Of a stretch of 64,000 bases of DNA, positions 1-9,850 are shown piece after piece (the stretch's first letter is position 1; every line of letters starts with the position of its first letter). Source of the stretch: a virus (taxonomy: Duplodnaviria > Caudoviricetes). Where the stretch lies: positions 414-64,413 of the IMG/VR virus record IMGVR_UViG_3300028388_004484, one strand, 5' to 3'. The position numbers and the translations under genes were made by a program. The notes under the pieces were generated by a model. The model saw nothing but the letters and a program-made list of their open reading frames with translations, did no database searches and was not told the origin of the DNA.

Positions 1-20
1 TTAAAATCATCGGGTACGCC

Positions 21-923
21 ATGTCGATGGGGACGGTCATAGCGATGGCCGGCGACGAAGTGATTATGCCGGAAAACTCGTTCTTCATGATTCATAACCC
101 GTGGACCATTGCGATGGGCGACTACCAGGACCTTGCACAAGAATCCGAATTCCTGGAAGTCCTGGCGAATGAACTCGCTTTAATCTACGCGAACCGGACT
201 GGCCTTTCGCTTGCCCGGATCCGCGAAATGATGGACGCGGAAACGTGGTTGACGGCGCCGGAAGCGCTGGAACTTGGTTTTGTCGACCGCCTTACTTCCG
301 GGGTACGCTTCGAAGCAAGCCTTTCGAAGCGGGAAATGGAAGCCCTTTACAACATTCCCGACACGCTAAAAAACAATGTCGAAATGAGTAAGAAAAAGAA
401 TCTATTAAACGCCTTGACGGAAGCCGTCGAAAACTTCTTCGGATCCGCAAAGGAAGAAACGCCCGCGGAAGCGCATGAAGAAACCGCATCGACCACGACC
501 ACCGAAGAAGATATTCCCGGCGAAGATCCGGAAAATCATGCGGCGGATCCGGCGGAAAATAAAGCGGATGAACCCGCGGAAGCGATAACCGAAGAAACGG
601 AAGAAGTCGAAGCGGAAGAACCGGCCCCGGATCCAGAACTTATTGCGGCCCGCAAAAAAGTTAATAGCCTGGAAATGCGTGTGGCAGAATTGGAAGATTC
701 CATGCTACAGGTCGCCGGCTTTATTGATCGCCTTCCGGAAATGCTGGCGCAGAAAGATAAGTCAGAAGCCCTTGCCGCACGCCTTGTTTCCGTCGAAAAG
801 GCCATTTCTGAAAATTCGAAGGTCAAAGAAGGCCGAAGTAACAGCGTTCCCGGCGAAGCCCTTTCCGAAGCGGAAAAAACTTTCAAAGCAAAAATTAAGC
901 GGCCGCGGATCCCTACGGAATAA
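21..923 (+). CDS. ClpP-like prohead protease with acidic/coiled-coil scaffold C-terminus (5' truncated by the window edge)
   Basis: SMGTVIAMAG, FFMIHNPW and ETWLTAPEALELGFVD are ClpP-family motifs; directly upstream of the capsid gene. Confidence 0.9.
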   Translation: MSMGTVIAMAGDEVIMPENSFFMIHNPWTIAMGDYQDLAQESEFLEVLANELALIYANRTGLSLARIREMMDAETWLTAPEALELGFVDRLTSGVRFEASLSKREMEALYNIPDTLKNNVEMSKKKNLLNALTEAVENFFGSAKEETPAEAHEETASTTTTEEDIPGEDPENHAADPAENKADEPAEAITEETEEVEAEEPAPDPELIAARKKVNSLEMRVAELEDSMLQVAGFIDRLPEMLAQKDKSEALAARLVSVEKAISENSKVKEGRSNSVPGEALSEAEKTFKAKIKRPRIPTE

Positions 924-975
924 CCCCGGTTGCCGACTGGTGAAATAATAATTTTTTTCAAAAAAAAATCTGAAA

Positions 976-2184
976 ATGTTACATCAAATAGTGCCGAACT
1001 ATATTCCGTCGAATAATTCCTTTTTCTTTTCGGCGGATGAACTGAACAGCTTCCAGCGGGCGCAGTACGCAGATACCTTCGGCTTCTGGCAAAACCGCTT
1101 CCGGCTTTACTCCTATATGCAAATGAACAGCTTGCGAAAGTTCGTCGTGCATAGCCCGAAAGGCCATCCCCTTATGTGGCAGCCGTATAAGGCTTGCGCC
1201 GCCGATCCTACCGGGTCGCTGACGATCGGGCAGCGGGAAATTGAACCGACGCCGATCATGATTTTCGAACAGTTTTGCCACGATACGATTATCAATTCCG
1301 CTTTCCAGCACCTTATTCGCTGGGACGCTTCCGGGACCGAAGACATGGACCCCGAAATGATGCAAATTTTCGGGCAATTGGTTGATGAACTTCTTTCGAA
1401 CGCGGCCTACGGATTCCGCCTTGCCCTTACTTCCGGGCAGCTTTACGACGTCGACGCCGTGACGTATTCCGCCGATAACCCGGCGAATATTACGGACCTG
1501 TTTAAGCGCACGCACGGTTCTGTCCGGGGGTGGGTGAAATTGGTAACGGACCTTGCGCAGGCGGAATACCCCCACTTGGATTTAGCCCTAACTAACGACG
1601 GTGATTTTAACGCCCTGGGCGACTTTACCGGCGACATTGTCGACCTGCTGGATGCCCTTAAGTCGAACGCTACGAAGAAATTCCGGACCCTGATAAACCG
1701 CGGCGGCATCGTTCGCGGATCCGGGCAGGTATTCCAGCCGCTGGTAGTCCTTTCGGATTCCTTTTATAACGCCGTAGTCGACTACCACAATGCGCAGGCT
1801 GTTACCCCGGCCACGAATTCGATGCGGATCGTTCAGCGCGAAGAACGGGTGCCCGGAAGCGATACCCCGACGATCGTTTACTACCTTGACAACCGCCTTC
1901 CGATCATTCCCCTTTCTGATATTTCCGGCTTCGACCAGTACCTGGCCGGCGACACGCATTTCGCGGGAATCGTTGCAAGCGGAAACATTCAACTCGGCAC
2001 CAGCTTCACGCAGATTCCGGAAGATATTGAAAACAACGGTATGGGCTTCCTTATCGCCCGGAATAACAACGCGACCGATGCGAACTTCGGGCAGTATGCT
2101 ATTCGAAGCACGGCCCTGGGCGTGTCGGCTATTGCGGATCCGGAATACATGGTTTCAACCGTGAATTATACCGAGCCGGCATAA
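976..2184 (+). CDS. major capsid protein (putative)
   Basis: 402 aa ORF directly after the protease/scaffold, followed by a strong hairpin; call is from synteny. Confidence 0.7.
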   Translation: MLHQIVPNYIPSNNSFFFSADELNSFQRAQYADTFGFWQNRFRLYSYMQMNSLRKFVVHSPKGHPLMWQPYKACAADPTGSLTIGQREIEPTPIMIFEQFCHDTIINSAFQHLIRWDASGTEDMDPEMMQIFGQLVDELLSNAAYGFRLALTSGQLYDVDAVTYSADNPANITDLFKRTHGSVRGWVKLVTDLAQAEYPHLDLALTNDGDFNALGDFTGDIVDLLDALKSNATKKFRTLINRGGIVRGSGQVFQPLVVLSDSFYNAVVDYHNAQAVTPATNSMRIVQREERVPGSDTPTIVYYLDNRLPIIPLSDISGFDQYLAGDTHFAGIVASGNIQLGTSFTQIPEDIENNGMGFLIARNNNATDANFGQYAIRSTALGVSAIADPEYMVSTVNYTEPA

Positions 2185-2224
2185 GGGCGCCACGATAGTA
2201 ATGTCTTGCTTCTTAATATAAATT

Positions 2225-2250
2225 GGTAAGGGCGATAAAACGCCCTTACC
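2225..2250 (+). terminator. hairpin after the capsid gene (terminator or stability stem)
   Basis: GGTAAGGGCG-ATAAAA-CGCCCTTACC, perfect 10 bp stem, weak U tail. Confidence 0.55.
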
Positions 2251-2272
2251 TACCTTCTAAAATCAAAAAGTT

Positions 2273-2839
2273 ATGCCCGATTTTTCTGGTTCTCTTAACG
2301 ACATATCGACGAATACCGTTTGCGCGGATAAGGGCGGTCTTTTAACCGTCTATTGGATCCCCGAAAGCGACATCGACTGGTCGACCGTTACCTGGGATGA
2401 TGCCGGCTACGCGGTTACGGCCTGGGCCATGCTAGCCATGGCGACCTGGAACAAGATCGAATTCGAACGGACCGCCGGCCGGCTGGACGCCCTGTATACG
2501 GAAGAAAACGGATACTACGAAGTATCCCTTCTGAACCTTCTTTTTTCTGGTCACTCCGCTGCCAGGTCTGTGGCGATCGGTCAGGCGATTCCCGTCTGTA
2601 ATATCGTCGCACAGGTATTTGACAACAACGGCAACGCCCGCATTTTAGGCAAGGAATACGATTCCGGCGCGTGGGTTAATCCCCTGAAAAATTGCCGCAT
2701 TACGCGACACCTGGATACGACCGGCGGCTTCGGCGCCGCTGACGATAAGGCCCGGGACGAATTCGACCTTACGGCGCAGCACCTGCTGCCGCTTCCGTAT
2801 TCAACCGTTTCCCTGTCGACTATGGAAACCCTGCTTTAA
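2273..2839 (+). CDS. major tail (tube) protein, putative
   Basis: 188 aa, N-terminal C-x3-GG-hydrophobic motif as in Bacteroidota phage tube proteins; beta-rich. Confidence 0.55.
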   Translation: MPDFSGSLNDISTNTVCADKGGLLTVYWIPESDIDWSTVTWDDAGYAVTAWAMLAMATWNKIEFERTAGRLDALYTEENGYYEVSLLNLLFSGHSAARSVAIGQAIPVCNIVAQVFDNNGNARILGKEYDSGAWVNPLKNCRITRHLDTTGGFGAADDKARDEFDLTAQHLLPLPYSTVSLSTMETLL

Positions 2840-2849
2840 TCTTTAAAGT

Positions 2850-3095
2850 ATGGGTAGAAGAAGAAAAAAGCGATATGAATACCGGCCGACGGCCGAAGCT
2901 GTGGAAACCCCGCGGACAATAGCCTGGAATGGTGTTCATATCGCCATTGGTAAAACGGTAACGATAAAGCGGACGCCGCCGGCCCTTCCGAAGGTGGTCC
3001 GGGAAGCTACGCCGGAAGAATACGAAACCCTTTTTGAAGAAAAGGGGCTGACGAATCTTATCGAAAAAGTTGAAATTTCCGAAGAAGAAGAATAA
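2850..3095 (+). CDS. hypothetical protein
   Basis: ORF abuts the portal start. Confidence 0.6.
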   Translation: MGRRRKKRYEYRPTAEAVETPRTIAWNGVHIAIGKTVTIKRTPPALPKVVREATPEEYETLFEEKGLTNLIEKVEISEEEE

Positions 3096-4412
3096 ATGTT
3101 CACCTTAAAGAATCCTTTGCCGCAAGCGATCCGGGACAATGCGCTTCTGCGAAATTTTTACCGGGAATATAACCTTGTGCCGTATGCCGGTTCTTCAAGT
3201 TATAGCGGCCATTCTTTTTTGCGGATTCTTTGCGACCTTTACGAACTTTCGCCTTCGCACGGAACCTGCATCGAAGATAAGCGATTCTGGGCTTTTGAGG
3301 GCGATCTTTCCGTCGTACCTAAAGGAAGAAGCGGGTTAAAGTCGGAAGATAGCCAGGAAGCACTTCCTGTGGCCGAACAGGAAGCTTTTGTCGATGAATA
3401 CGAAGCGGCCGGGCTTGACTTTTCAAAGCTGGCCGAAATCGTTTCTGTATGTTCTTTGAATGAGCAAAAAACCGGGAACGCCTTCCTTCGCTACCGAGAA
3501 ATTCAAGTCGGAGCGGCCCGGGTTGTCCAGGTCATGCCATTGGATCCGGTCGAAGTCATGTACTTGAATACGGCGCCCGGGGAACCGCGTAGCGTCGTTA
3601 TTAGTAAGGATTTTTTCGCCGGCAAATTTCACAATGAAAGGCCGCCGGAAGTTGTACGGGTTTATCCGGGATTTTCCGAAGGGCAGAACTACCGGGAAAC
3701 GGTTTTCCATTGGAAGAACAAGCGCGACGGATCCGATTGGTATGGGCGCCCTTCTACTTTGCAGACCCTTTACTGGCAGTACGTCGAATGGAAGAAAGCG
3801 GAAACTGAAGGGAAAATATCCGGAACGGAAACGACGGCTAAATATATCTTCGGAGCGATGAAACCGAACCCCCTGGCACAGGCCGTCGACGGCGAAGATC
3901 CTGAACAGGAATTCGCACGCTGGGCCGCGAACCTTCGGAAGATAGTAACGGCGAAAGGGGAAATAGAAGATGTCGAAGGTGTCGGCTTTATCGGATACCC
4001 CTTCGAAGGCCAAGCGCCTACACTTTACAAAATGGACGTTTTCCGAGATTCGAATTACCTGGAAACAACTATAAATTTTGCTTCCGACTATATCTACGCA
4101 TCGCACAGGTGGGGAAAAGCAATAAGCGGATTTAGTCAAGCGGCGGCGAATATCGGCGGCAATGTTTTGATCGACGAATTTTTATTCCGCAACGCAAGCG
4201 CTATTAAGCCCTTGCAAAGGAAATGGTCGAATAGAATGAAGCGGGTTTTTACCCTTATCGCCGATTTTACCGGCGGAAACCGCCTTCGGGATTACGGGAT
4301 AAAATTCGAAGATAAGGTCGAAAATTTAGTCGAAAGCTTAAAAGATGACACTATTAACGAAGAAGGAAGTACAGACTTTATCGAAGATAGGCCAGGACCT
4401 ACCGATCTGTAG
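3096..4412 (+). CDS. portal protein
   Basis: 438 aa; LYELSPSHGTCIEDK and WYGRP motifs as in Bacteroidota phage portals. Confidence 0.75.
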   Translation: MFTLKNPLPQAIRDNALLRNFYREYNLVPYAGSSSYSGHSFLRILCDLYELSPSHGTCIEDKRFWAFEGDLSVVPKGRSGLKSEDSQEALPVAEQEAFVDEYEAAGLDFSKLAEIVSVCSLNEQKTGNAFLRYREIQVGAARVVQVMPLDPVEVMYLNTAPGEPRSVVISKDFFAGKFHNERPPEVVRVYPGFSEGQNYRETVFHWKNKRDGSDWYGRPSTLQTLYWQYVEWKKAETEGKISGTETTAKYIFGAMKPNPLAQAVDGEDPEQEFARWAANLRKIVTAKGEIEDVEGVGFIGYPFEGQAPTLYKMDVFRDSNYLETTINFASDYIYASHRWGKAISGFSQAAANIGGNVLIDEFLFRNASAIKPLQRKWSNRMKRVFTLIADFTGGNRLRDYGIKFEDKVENLVESLKDDTINEEGSTDFIEDRPGPTDL

Positions 4413-4998
4413 CATGGCCGATATTCAACAGGCCGAAATTTCGCAGCGCCGGCAGGTTCTGGGAAAAGACTTTTACGACCTTCTTTTATCTTCGGCCACC
4501 GATTATTCCGGAACGCCGGAATACGAAAAGGGAACGACTTATGTTGACGGCGATGTTGTTTTTTTTGGCGGAACGGTTTATCAGGCAAACAAAACGACGG
4601 CGGCCCTTCCAAGCTATAAAGAGGACTGGTTGCTTGCTCAAAAATTCGCAGATTCCGACCTGGAAAAACTATGGACCACCTTCTTAGGCCGTTACCTTTC
4701 ATTGATAGTGGTTAAAAATTCAATGGCGCCGGCGGCTACGAAGATAAAGTCCGGAAACATCGTCCGGGTCGACGGCGAACAGGTCCGCGGCGCCGACGAA
4801 ACAGAACGGGCGGAACTCGCAACGTGGCTTTCCGCGCAGATTAAAATAACGTTCGATAATATGCACGACTTTATCCTGGAAAATAGGAACGTCGTGGTGT
4901 ACCAACTTTATAAAGGCCTGGAAGGCCTGCAAGATGATGAAATAACGCTAAATAACGACGCTCAAAGGAGCGATAAAGGTAATTATTGGGCGGTATGA
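4345..4998 (+). CDS. head-tail adaptor with inserted CBM5/12-like module
   Basis: IQQAE..R.VLG.DFYD.L adaptor-like segment; insert YEKGTTYVDGDVVFFGGTVYQA...W. Confidence 0.55.
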   Translation: MTLLTKKEVQTLSKIGQDLPICSMADIQQAEISQRRQVLGKDFYDLLLSSATDYSGTPEYEKGTTYVDGDVVFFGGTVYQANKTTAALPSYKEDWLLAQKFADSDLEKLWTTFLGRYLSLIVVKNSMAPAATKIKSGNIVRVDGEQVRGADETERAELATWLSAQIKITFDNMHDFILENRNVVVYQLYKGLEGLQDDEITLNNDAQRSDKGNYWAV

Positions 4999-5285
4999 TC
5001 GAAGCGGAAAAAAGCTTTAAAGCGCGGGTTTTTTCTTCGGTTATTAAGCAGGGCGGCCGGCTGGCGCCTAAAGGTATGGCCGAAGCCCGACTTAAGGAAT
5101 GCGAAAAATGTGAATACGCCGGAAAGGTCCGGCCGCTTCCGAAGTTAGAATTAAGGGGATGCACCCTTTGCGGATGCCCCTTTATTACGAAGCCCTTTAT
5201 GCTTGAATTTTTAGGAAATCCGACGGCTTGCCCGCACCCGGAAGGGAACAAATGGGAAGAAGTCGACACATATTTTTTGGAATAA
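4986..5285 (+). CDS. small Cys-rich (Zn-binding) protein
   Basis: RLKECEKC, CTLCGC and CP..W pattern. Confidence 0.6.
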   Translation: MGGMIEAEKSFKARVFSSVIKQGGRLAPKGMAEARLKECEKCEYAGKVRPLPKLELRGCTLCGCPFITKPFMLEFLGNPTACPHPEGNKWEEVDTYFLE

Positions 5286-5298
5286 AAAATTTTGAACC

Positions 5299-6012
5299 AT
5301 GAGTTTTGATGTGCGTGAATATGGCCGAATTAAGGCGAACCCCGAAGAGCTGGGCAGCTTCGTTTCGGTAGACAAAAAAGAATATTATGGAACGGAACCC
5401 GGTTACGATAGTGTAACGACTTCCGGTTTTTCGGGCGCCGTTTCGAATATTGTTTTCGAAGGGAACACCCTTACCCTGGAAAATCCCATTACGGTAGATT
5501 CCGACGCTGACGCCGTTCTTCTGCAAGCCGAAATCGTTAAGGCCCTGACCACTAACGGAATTGTAGAAGAATTTCAACCCTGGGTAAAGGTCACGAACGC
5601 TTCCGGCGACGACTTTACCGTCGAACATATCGGTGTCGGCACGCTTTCTGCCGTCGGCGGCGAAGCTACGACCCGAAAAACGACCATTATCAATGCGACG
5701 AATTACACCGGATCCTTTGTTGCTACGCTTGGCGTCGTTTCGGTGAACGGCGCGGCCGGCACCGCTCTGGCGAACGACCCATACGCATGGTCAGGGACCC
5801 CGGCGACGGATAACGCGACCGCGGCGCAGTTGGCGACGGATCTTGGCCTGGCCCTTACGGCCCAGGGCTTCGACTACAAGTCGATTGCCGTTTCCGCGAA
5901 CACCACTGACAGCGACTACGATGTTACTGTCTACGGCCGCAAAAGTCAAAAAATCACTATCGGCGGTACGGCCCTTTCCGAAGCTACCGGAAGCGCGCAG
6001 GAATTTGTATAA
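5299..6012 (+). CDS. putative structural protein
   Basis: Ala/Thr/Gly-rich beta-type composition in the structural operon; hairpin downstream. Confidence 0.5.
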   Translation: MSFDVREYGRIKANPEELGSFVSVDKKEYYGTEPGYDSVTTSGFSGAVSNIVFEGNTLTLENPITVDSDADAVLLQAEIVKALTTNGIVEEFQPWVKVTNASGDDFTVEHIGVGTLSAVGGEATTRKTTIINATNYTGSFVATLGVVSVNGAAGTALANDPYAWSGTPATDNATAAQLATDLGLALTAQGFDYKSIAVSANTTDSDYDVTVYGRKSQKITIGGTALSEATGSAQEFV

Positions 6013-6075
6013 CATATTTCGGAAGGTAGAAGCGGCGGCCCTTCCTTCGCTTTTACCTTCCTTAAACTTCCCATT

Positions 6076-6879
6076 ATGAAAAGGAATGCTTTAGTTATTC
6101 CACTTCTATTTCTGTGCTTTATTTCGTTTGGGCAAAATATACCTTCGTGGATGTTTACAAGCGGGATCGAAAGTGATGACCGCTTTCTTCTTTTTACGGA
6201 AGGATGGCGCCGGACGGGGCGGTATATAACGGGGGAAACGCTTTTTAACCTTTTTGACCAAAGATACGATGAAAGGTACAAGCCTTTTGAACCCCCGCAG
6301 CGGCAAACAATTTTCATCCCCGGGGGAAGTAATAGGACTGTAACTAAGGAAGAAATTGGAAGGTATGGGGTGGATATTATCGTCGGATCCGGGGTCACCT
6401 TTCTTACCCTGGAATGCGTGGATAGCACCTACGTAGGCGAAGCCGAAGCGGTAATAAACCTTTACACGAACTCTATATTAACCGGAATTGGAACGGTTAC
6501 GGTTGCGGTTACTGACGGATGTTCAAGCGATCTTGTTATTTACTCCCTTAATGAGATTGCATATAATTCCCCTTATATCACCTTTTTTAACGGCGGCGGC
6601 TCCTCTTCTTATTTGGCCAGCTATAGGTACAACCACAAACAAAGCATTTCCGAAACCTATACCGGGGGAACTACGGACGAAAACGGCGACATGACAAAAG
6701 TTAACCCCTTCGCTGGAACTTCGGCCCGAATTTCCGTCAATGTCTTAGGAACAACCCCCTACCATGCGCAGGTTCATACCTTTGCCGGCGGGAATTATAC
6801 CGTTCGATTTTTCAATATGGACGGGACCCCGGCCGCATCGACACAAATTGATTTCTACGTCATCGCTACATACAACTAA
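6076..6879 (+). CDS. signal-peptide-bearing fibre-like protein 1
   Basis: MKRNALVIPLLFLCFISFG|Q signal; N-terminal domain paralogous to the next gene. Confidence 0.6.
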   Translation: MKRNALVIPLLFLCFISFGQNIPSWMFTSGIESDDRFLLFTEGWRRTGRYITGETLFNLFDQRYDERYKPFEPPQRQTIFIPGGSNRTVTKEEIGRYGVDIIVGSGVTFLTLECVDSTYVGEAEAVINLYTNSILTGIGTVTVAVTDGCSSDLVIYSLNEIAYNSPYITFFNGGGSSSYLASYRYNHKQSISETYTGGTTDENGDMTKVNPFAGTSARISVNVLGTTPYHAQVHTFAGGNYTVRFFNMDGTPAASTQIDFYVIATYN

Positions 6880-8619
6880 ATGACCATGCAAAAGATATTG
6901 TTTTTTTTCTTATTAATCGTCGTAGTTAATTCCGCGGGCGCGCAAAGCCTTCCTGATTGGATGTATACGAAGGATTTTGAAAGTGATGACCGAATTTTGA
7001 TCTTTAAAGACGACTGGAAAAAAAAGGGGCGGTATATGACCGGCGCAGATTTTTTCAATCTGCTTGACGGGAAATATGCGAATGCTGGTAGCGACGACCA
7101 GACCCTTTCTTTGGTTGGCAATACGCTTTCGATTGAAAGCGGAAATTCGGTTGACCTTTCTTCCCTGGCGGCGACAACTTATTGGGACCTTAATACGGAT
7201 ACCCTAACGAATAACACGGGGAACCTTGTTCTTATTCAACCAGAACAGAAATTACATACCAGGGTTGATGCATTATCAGGTGCATTTTCAGAATTGACAA
7301 TGGATACCGTCAATGTTGTTTCACAAGTACAAAGCTCGCTAGGAGATCAAAGTTATCTCAATCTTAGGCGAACAGAAACCTTTGGTTGGGTGACTGCTTC
7401 TGCCTATAAAATTGACCCTTACCAGTACTCTTCCTTTCAAGCAAGGGATGGCTATTTTGACGTTTATGTCGAGGATGATTTCGCTGCCGCACAAATGCGG
7501 ATCAAAACGGCAGATTCCTACATTGACGTTTCAGAATTAGGCATAGGTGATATAAGCCCCGACGCAAAGCTTGACGTAGCCGGAAGCGTTCGAATAGACT
7601 CTTTTCTGGTCAACCCGACCGACGGTTACGGCGCGGTGGGCGAAGTTATTACCAGGACGGCAAACGGCTGGGAATGGTCACCGGTTGCCGGATATTGGGA
7701 CCTAAATACCGATACCCTTACGAATAACGCCGGAGCTACAGTTTACACTACAGCAGGTGATGTTTATACGGAAGCAACCGGGGTGACTGGCGTTTATGTT
7801 TCCTCATTAGAACAGGATAGCATGATAACTACCCTGAAAAATTCCAACGGCCTGGATTATGCACAATTATATCTTAGGCAAACGGCGTCAACTGGAAACG
7901 TACAACTTTCGGTTTATGACGATTCCCCTTATGGCTATTCAGAAATAGATTTAGCCGACAATTATTTCAATGTAGAAATCAATGACGGCGGGGGGGCTTC
8001 TTACTTTAATTTACGAACGACAAACGGCGGTTACATTTCAACGCCTGGAAACTTCGGAATAGGTGATTTTTCCCCTGATGCAAAATTGGACGTACAGGGT
8101 TCTATCCGTTTAGATTCCTTTTTAATTAACCCCACGGACGGATACGGCGCGGTGGGTGAAGTTATTACCAGAACCACCAACGGCTGGGAATGGCAAGCCC
8201 CTGCCTACCATAATAACTACATTGACGCCACACCTTCCACGGTGACGATAACGAATACTACAAATTACTTCACCGTCGGCGGTTTTGCTCAGTTAATTTC
8301 TTCCGGGGCCTTCACCGAAACGGACAGCACAATTACTTACACCGGCGCGGCGACAATTCCGGTTCGAATTGACTGGCACGTCTCATTTTCTGGCGATCCT
8401 TCTGATGAATTGGAAGGTGAGGTTTTTATTAACGATGTTGCGACAGGTATTTCGTGGGATCGCAAGCTAGGGACCGGCGGCGACGTTGGTGCAGCTTCTA
8501 CGGCCGGCATTTTCAGCCTTTCGCAGAATGACGTTATCAAGGTAAAGGTTCAGAACCTGACGGCCGCAAACAACATTTCAGTTACAAAGTCGTCGGTCGT
8601 GGTCGTAGAAATAAAGTAA
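6880..8619 (+). CDS. signal-peptide-bearing fibre-like protein 2 with an internal duplication of about 170 aa
   Basis: MQKILFFFLLIVVVNSAGA|Q; DDQTLSL repeat; two copies of YWDLNTDTLTNN...GIGDxSPDAKLDV...GWEW; jelly-roll-like C-terminus. Confidence 0.65.
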   Translation: MTMQKILFFFLLIVVVNSAGAQSLPDWMYTKDFESDDRILIFKDDWKKKGRYMTGADFFNLLDGKYANAGSDDQTLSLVGNTLSIESGNSVDLSSLAATTYWDLNTDTLTNNTGNLVLIQPEQKLHTRVDALSGAFSELTMDTVNVVSQVQSSLGDQSYLNLRRTETFGWVTASAYKIDPYQYSSFQARDGYFDVYVEDDFAAAQMRIKTADSYIDVSELGIGDISPDAKLDVAGSVRIDSFLVNPTDGYGAVGEVITRTANGWEWSPVAGYWDLNTDTLTNNAGATVYTTAGDVYTEATGVTGVYVSSLEQDSMITTLKNSNGLDYAQLYLRQTASTGNVQLSVYDDSPYGYSEIDLADNYFNVEINDGGGASYFNLRTTNGGYISTPGNFGIGDFSPDAKLDVQGSIRLDSFLINPTDGYGAVGEVITRTTNGWEWQAPAYHNNYIDATPSTVTITNTTNYFTVGGFAQLISSGAFTETDSTITYTGAATIPVRIDWHVSFSGDPSDELEGEVFINDVATGISWDRKLGTGGDVGAASTAGIFSLSQNDVIKVKVQNLTAANNISVTKSSVVVVEIK

Positions 8620-8626
8620 GATACTA

Positions 8627-9844
8627 ATGAGGAATAAGGCGTTTATACTTCTTTTCTTTACCCTATCTATTTTTTCGGCTTGTAGATCACAGTCGGGGTT
8701 AATTGAAGTTGAATGCCTTCGCGGCGTTGAAATAGCGGGCAACTATTGTTACTTCTGCCCGCCGAACGGGTCGACGGTTTTTGACGGATTAAAAATAGAC
8801 TACGGAAACGGTCGCCTTCTTTATATCCGCAAGCCCTATGTGGCCCGTTTCCGGGACGCTGACAGTTTGACGGTTATCACCTTCGACCGCGAACAAAGGG
8901 CTTCGTTCAGGCTATCACAAACGGTCTACCCGACTATGGATACCTTACGTAGCATTATCGAAGCTTGCGCGGCGGATCCGGTAACGCCGGTCGATACGGT
9001 CGACTGCTGTCCGACGGTCGATACATTTATGGTAGTTGACGGGATCCTTTATTTTAGCCTTTCTTCCGAAGATGTCGTTTATTCCGCAAATATTTGCTGC
9101 GACACTGCCGGCGGCGTCGTTTCCGTTTATCGGCAATACTTCGCAGATGTCACCGGGGATACGCTAACGGTATCCGTTCATGGGGATACTTTACCCGGGA
9201 TAAGTCGGCATATCGCCGTATACGTCGAAGGGATCCGGCAGAAGGAAGGGCCGCCGGGGGCGGGGGACTATCAGTATTCGGATTCTACTATCGTTTTTAA
9301 TTATTCGCTTGCCGGCGAAGATGCATGGATATGGTTTATAGACCGCGCCGAAGGGATAACGACCTACCAGGAGTTTTTTACAGACGTTTCGGCCGATACG
9401 GTTTTAATATCGGGATCCTTCCCGGCGGACACGGCGCAAGTTAATGTTTTCGTCGAAGGGATCCGGCAGATACAAGGGGCGCCCGGATCCGGCGACTACC
9501 GGATTAACGGGAACAGGATCGATTTTAATTATACCCTTTCTTCGGAAGATGTCGAAGTATGGTTTATTGACCAAACGGGACCCCTTTCCATTTTTTCAGA
9601 AACTTTCCTTGATGCTACCGGAACAACGGTAACGGTTACGGCGAACGGCGGAACGATTCCGGCCTTAAATCAGGCGACTTTGGTTTTTGTCGAAGGATTA
9701 AACCAGCAGGAAGGAAGCGCCGGAGACTACGAAACATCCGGAAGTAATTTCAATTTCAAATATACGCTTTCTTCGGAAGATGTATCGACGCATTTCCTTA
9801 TCGGCACTACCGATATGGGGGTGCTTGGCCTTTTTCAAAATTAA
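8627..9844 (+). CDS. exported or lipoprotein repeat protein
   Basis: MRNKAFILLFFTLSIFSAC lipobox-like signal; three repeats of V(Y/F)VEG..Q..G...GDY...F.Y.L..ED; Cys pairs. Confidence 0.65.
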   Translation: MRNKAFILLFFTLSIFSACRSQSGLIEVECLRGVEIAGNYCYFCPPNGSTVFDGLKIDYGNGRLLYIRKPYVARFRDADSLTVITFDREQRASFRLSQTVYPTMDTLRSIIEACAADPVTPVDTVDCCPTVDTFMVVDGILYFSLSSEDVVYSANICCDTAGGVVSVYRQYFADVTGDTLTVSVHGDTLPGISRHIAVYVEGIRQKEGPPGAGDYQYSDSTIVFNYSLAGEDAWIWFIDRAEGITTYQEFFTDVSADTVLISGSFPADTAQVNVFVEGIRQIQGAPGSGDYRINGNRIDFNYTLSSEDVEVWFIDQTGPLSIFSETFLDATGTTVTVTANGGTIPALNQATLVFVEGLNQQEGSAGDYETSGSNFNFKYTLSSEDVSTHFLIGTTDMGVLGLFQN

Positions 9845-9850
9845 TAACCC

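Noticed and set aside
7180-8195. Internal duplication in the fibre gene as a DGR template/variable pair
   Set aside because: Both copies are in-frame coding, differences are mostly synonymous and not adenine-specific, and no reverse transcriptase is present.
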